From assembly GCA_016202875.1 (NCBI GenBank), contig JACQNX010000047.1, positions 1 through 37,602 of the forward strand: a stretch of 37,602 bases of DNA, read 5' to 3'. The DNA is from Candidatus Aenigmatarchaeota archaeon. GTDB lineage: Archaea; Aenigmatarchaeota; Aenigmatarchaeia; GW2011-AR5. Under the pieces are notes generated by a model. The model had not been told where the DNA came from. It ran no database searches and worked only from the letters and a program-made list of their open reading frames with translations. The position numbers and the translations under genes are program-made. Shown here one piece after another: positions 34,716 to 37,602 of the stretch (position 1 is its first letter; each line of letters begins with the position of its first letter).

Positions 34716-35804
34716 ATGCATGATGTTATTTTTGTAGGCGGTGGCGTTGCCGGCTGCTACACAGCAAGCCTGCTTCCAAAGCATTTGGACACGCTGGTGC
34801 TGGAAAAGAACAAAAAAATCCAGCTAAAAGACAGTGGAATCGTTTCTACACATTTTGATTCTTTTATCCAAGAGCCCAGACTCATTAAAAACCGCGTGGA
34901 TGAGATAGAATGCATATCACCTTCAGGGAAAGTGTTCTCGCTGAAGCGCGAAGACCCTTTTATTTACATTCTAAAAAGGAAGAAATTTTCCCGTTATCTG
35001 AGACAGAAAGCAAAAGAACGCAGCACCTTTAAGTGCGAGAATGTCCTAGAAGTTATCCAGAGGAAAGACTGCGTTACTGTGAGAACAAACGAAGGCGAAT
35101 ATGACGCAAGAATAGTTGTAGGGTGCGATGGTGCGAACTCTCTGGTGCGCAGGGGCATGGGCATCAAGCCACCTGTTTTGTCTGTAGGCATGATGGTAAA
35201 GACAAAAGAGAAGATGGCTGAAAAAATACAGGTGTTCTTTAATAAATATTATTCTCCAGACTATTTTGCATGGATCATCCCACAAAACCATGAGTACGGG
35301 CTCATGACAGCCATACGTCCAAGGGAATACATAAATTATTTTGCTGCCAGCCAGCACCTGCCTGAAGGAAAAATGTATGCCTATCTTGTTCCAATGGGCA
35401 TAACAAGAAGCTATGGCAACAGGACTTTATTAGTAGGGGACGCGTGCGGGCAAAACAAGCCACTGACGGGGGGCGGCATCATGTTCTCGCTCACTGCTGC
35501 GCATATTGCTGCAGAGATAATAAAAGATGCATTTCAGACAAAAACATTTTCTGCCGCCTTTCTCTGCCATTATGAAAGAATGTGGAAGTCACAGTTGCAG
35601 AAAGAAATAAACAGGCAAAAAATTGTAAGAAAAATATACAGGAAACTCACAAACAATGACGTAGACAAGCTGTTTGATGACTTTGGCGCGCATATAGAGA
35701 CGCTGACAGGGTTTGATTATGACAGATTCAGTCTTTCTTCGAGCAACTTGCCGAGGTTGAAACTCTTTAAGTTTGCTATTTCACATGCACGGCATTTACT
35801 TTGA
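34716..35804 (+). CDS. Geranylgeranyl reductase family FAD-dependent oxidoreductase
   Basis: DVIFVGGGVAG, GCDGANS, PDYFAWIIP (PxxYxWxFP-like), VGDACGQNKPLTGGGI. ATG 34716 preferred. Confidence 0.88.
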   Translation: MHDVIFVGGGVAGCYTASLLPKHLDTLVLEKNKKIQLKDSGIVSTHFDSFIQEPRLIKNRVDEIECISPSGKVFSLKREDPFIYILKRKKFSRYLRQKAKERSTFKCENVLEVIQRKDCVTVRTNEGEYDARIVVGCDGANSLVRRGMGIKPPVLSVGMMVKTKEKMAEKIQVFFNKYYSPDYFAWIIPQNHEYGLMTAIRPREYINYFAASQHLPEGKMYAYLVPMGITRSYGNRTLLVGDACGQNKPLTGGGIMFSLTAAHIAAEIIKDAFQTKTFSAAFLCHYERMWKSQLQKEINRQKIVRKIYRKLTNNDVDKLFDDFGAHIETLTGFDYDRFSLSSSNLPRLKLFKFAISHARHLL

Positions 35805-35852
35805 AACTTCTCTACGAATGACAATCTTATAAAGATTTAACATGAATCTCAA

Positions 35853-37028
35853 ATGATGATGAATTTTTCTACTATGCTGAAAAAATACTGGCCTACAATT
35901 ATTATCCTTGCAATAGTAGTGCTCGGGCTTTATGTAAGGATTTTTGACTATAAATTCCCTTACCTGCGCAACATAGACTCGTATGCATTCACAAGGCAGA
36001 TTGAGGATGTTGCCAACAATGGTTACTTGCCGCAGCACGATGACCTTTCTCTTGCGCCGGCAGGACAGGACAGGCCTCTGGGCAGAGACCTCTATGTTTA
36101 CATAATGGCATATGGATTCAGTTTTGTGAGGTTCTTCAGTCCTGGCTACACACTGTTTCAATTCCTGATATGGGCGCCTGCGCTCATGGCGGCGCTCATG
36201 GCCATACCTATGTACTATATAGGCAAAATACTCTATGACAGGCGGGCTGGGATACTGGCTGCGTTTTTTATTGTATTTGACATATCAATACTTTCCAGGA
36301 CACTTGGCGGAGACCCTGACAATGACACATCTGTCCTCCTGTTCCCTCTAATAGCTATTGCCTTATTCTTGCTTGCATACAAATACACCAATGAAAAAGG
36401 CTTCACAAAAAAAGGCATTCTTTATACAATTCTGGCTGGAATAGGACTTGTGGCATGGGGCTATATATGGAGTGGCTTCTGGTTTGTGATATGGCTCATA
36501 GCAGGATTTCTTATTGTCAAGATAATCATGAAGCTAGTTAAGAGCAGAAACATAACAGGGATAAAAGAGATGAAGCGGCCCATATTTGTATTCATTGCGA
36601 TGATTGTAATATTCTTTGTACTCACTGTGCCGTTTTTGGGGCCGAGGGTCATTACAGAAACAGTGCAGGGGCCGTTCTCTTTCGGCGATATTAAAAGCGA
36701 AGAGAACAGAGAATTCCCCAATGTTTACGTTTCTGTGGCTGAGCTACAGACAGGTGGAGGAGTACGCGAGATTGTCCAGAGAACAAACATATACCTATTT
36801 GTTTTCATGATCTTTTCATTGGTATATCTGGCTGTTTCAGCACTTATGAAAAGGAAAGAGCATATTGATACTTTTATACTTCTGCTGATATGGTTTGTGG
36901 GACCACTGATTGCAACTGGTATAGGCATCAGGTTCGCTATTTTGTTTTCAGCACCCATTGCTATAGGGTCAGCGATATTGGTTTCCAAAATATTCAGAAT
37001 AATTGACGGCGAAGGAGTTGCAGAATAA
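35853..37028 (+). CDS. aglB: Oligosaccharyltransferase AglB/STT3, N-terminal membrane portion (split gene)
   Basis: IDSY (first catalytic Asp loop), SRT..G.PDND (DxD), VSVAEL (SVSE/TIXE-like), IRF; stops before the WWD domain. Confidence 0.85.
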   Translation: MMMNFSTMLKKYWPTIIILAIVVLGLYVRIFDYKFPYLRNIDSYAFTRQIEDVANNGYLPQHDDLSLAPAGQDRPLGRDLYVYIMAYGFSFVRFFSPGYTLFQFLIWAPALMAALMAIPMYYIGKILYDRRAGILAAFFIVFDISILSRTLGGDPDNDTSVLLFPLIAIALFLLAYKYTNEKGFTKKGILYTILAGIGLVAWGYIWSGFWFVIWLIAGFLIVKIIMKLVKSRNITGIKEMKRPIFVFIAMIVIFFVLTVPFLGPRVITETVQGPFSFGDIKSEENREFPNVYVSVAELQTGGGVREIVQRTNIYLFVFMIFSLVYLAVSALMKRKEHIDTFILLLIWFVGPLIATGIGIRFAILFSAPIAIGSAILVSKIFRIIDGEGVAE

Positions 37029-37602
37029 ATGGTTAATAAATATCTGGGAAGCGCTATTGGCAGTATCGTTATTATGACAGCAGTTTTCCTTATACATACT
37101 GTTTTATCGTTTCCATTAAATTATACAATAGGCTTTGCAGCGGCGTTTCTGGTTTATATTCTGGCTTTTTTCTTTGTCACCAAGAAAAAAAGTTTCACAG
37201 AGAAAAATTTCACAGACATAACATTCCTGCACCTCACTGGTGTGGCAATTCTGCTCGCATTTGCCTTCTTTAACATGACATTTCTATTTGTAGTACTTAT
37301 TGTACTTTCAATAGCATTCGTCGTAATGAAGGCGTTTTCTATCAGGGATCTTCTAAAGACACTGTTCATGTTTATCGTTGTCTTTATAGCAGCGACAACA
37401 TCTTTCCAACCTGCTGTTGCAATATCATCTGGCCAGGGGACAGTGCTCAGCGACAACTGGTGGAACTCGCTGAACTGGATAAGGAACAACACAGATACAT
37501 GCGCTGTGGTGGCCACATACTGGGATCCTGGACATTTCATTACAGGCATTGCCAAAAGGGCTGTTGTCTTTGATGGTGCGTCACAGAATGCGCTCTGGAA
37601 TA
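37029..37602 (+). CDS. aglB: AglB/STT3 C-terminal portion (partial, runs off the window; absent from the ORF track)
   Basis: Open from ATG 37029 to the edge: several hydrophobic segments, then DNWWNSLNWIRNNT...VVATYWDPGHFI...R..VFDG, the WWDYG-equivalent at 37518-37532. Confidence 0.85.
   Translation, partial: MVNKYLGSAIGSIVIMTAVFLIHTVLSFPLNYTIGFAAAFLVYILAFFFVTKKKSFTEKNFTDITFLHLTGVAILLAFAFFNMTFLFVVLIVLSIAFVVMKAFSIRDLLKTLFMFIVVFIAATTSFQPAVAISSGQGTVLSDNWWNSLNWIRNNTDTCAVVATYWDPGHFITGIAKRAVVFDGASQNALWN

Noticed and set aside
905-36988. Numerous short nested or antisense ORFs in the six-frame track
   Set aside because: They lie inside well-supported genes and show no motifs or translation signals.
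37154-37555. 133-aa minus-strand ORF
   Set aside because: Antisense shadow of the AglB C-terminal ORF that the track missed because it lacks a stop in the window.

Overview
A gene-dense archaeal chromosomal window, most consistent with a DPANN lineage such as Aenigmarchaeota (inferred from gene content and archaeal TATA/GGTGA signals, not from a phylogeny). It holds a probable replication origin with ORB-like boxes, followed by cdc6/orc1, a shortened DP1-like PolD small subunit with degenerate nuclease motifs, and an intein-containing PolB. The PolB ends in a Zn finger resembling the PolD DP2 C-terminus, which suggests a PolB/DP1 replicase built like eukaryotic Pol alpha/delta/epsilon plus B subunit. 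Other core genes are the upper mevalonate pathway (HMG-CoA synthase, thiolase, DUF35, class II HMG-CoA reductase), a geranylgeranyl reductase, dnaG, hjc, nac, secDF, a diverged purF, a short-type histone and an aglB/STT3 split into two ORFs. Accessory content includes a small island (Fic, MazEF-like pair, an orphan gene between 24-bp direct repeats), tandem orphan paralogs inside the mevalonate operon, several AT-rich single-gene insertions and several operator-like repeats. No tRNA, rRNA, CRISPR array or transposase was recognised.
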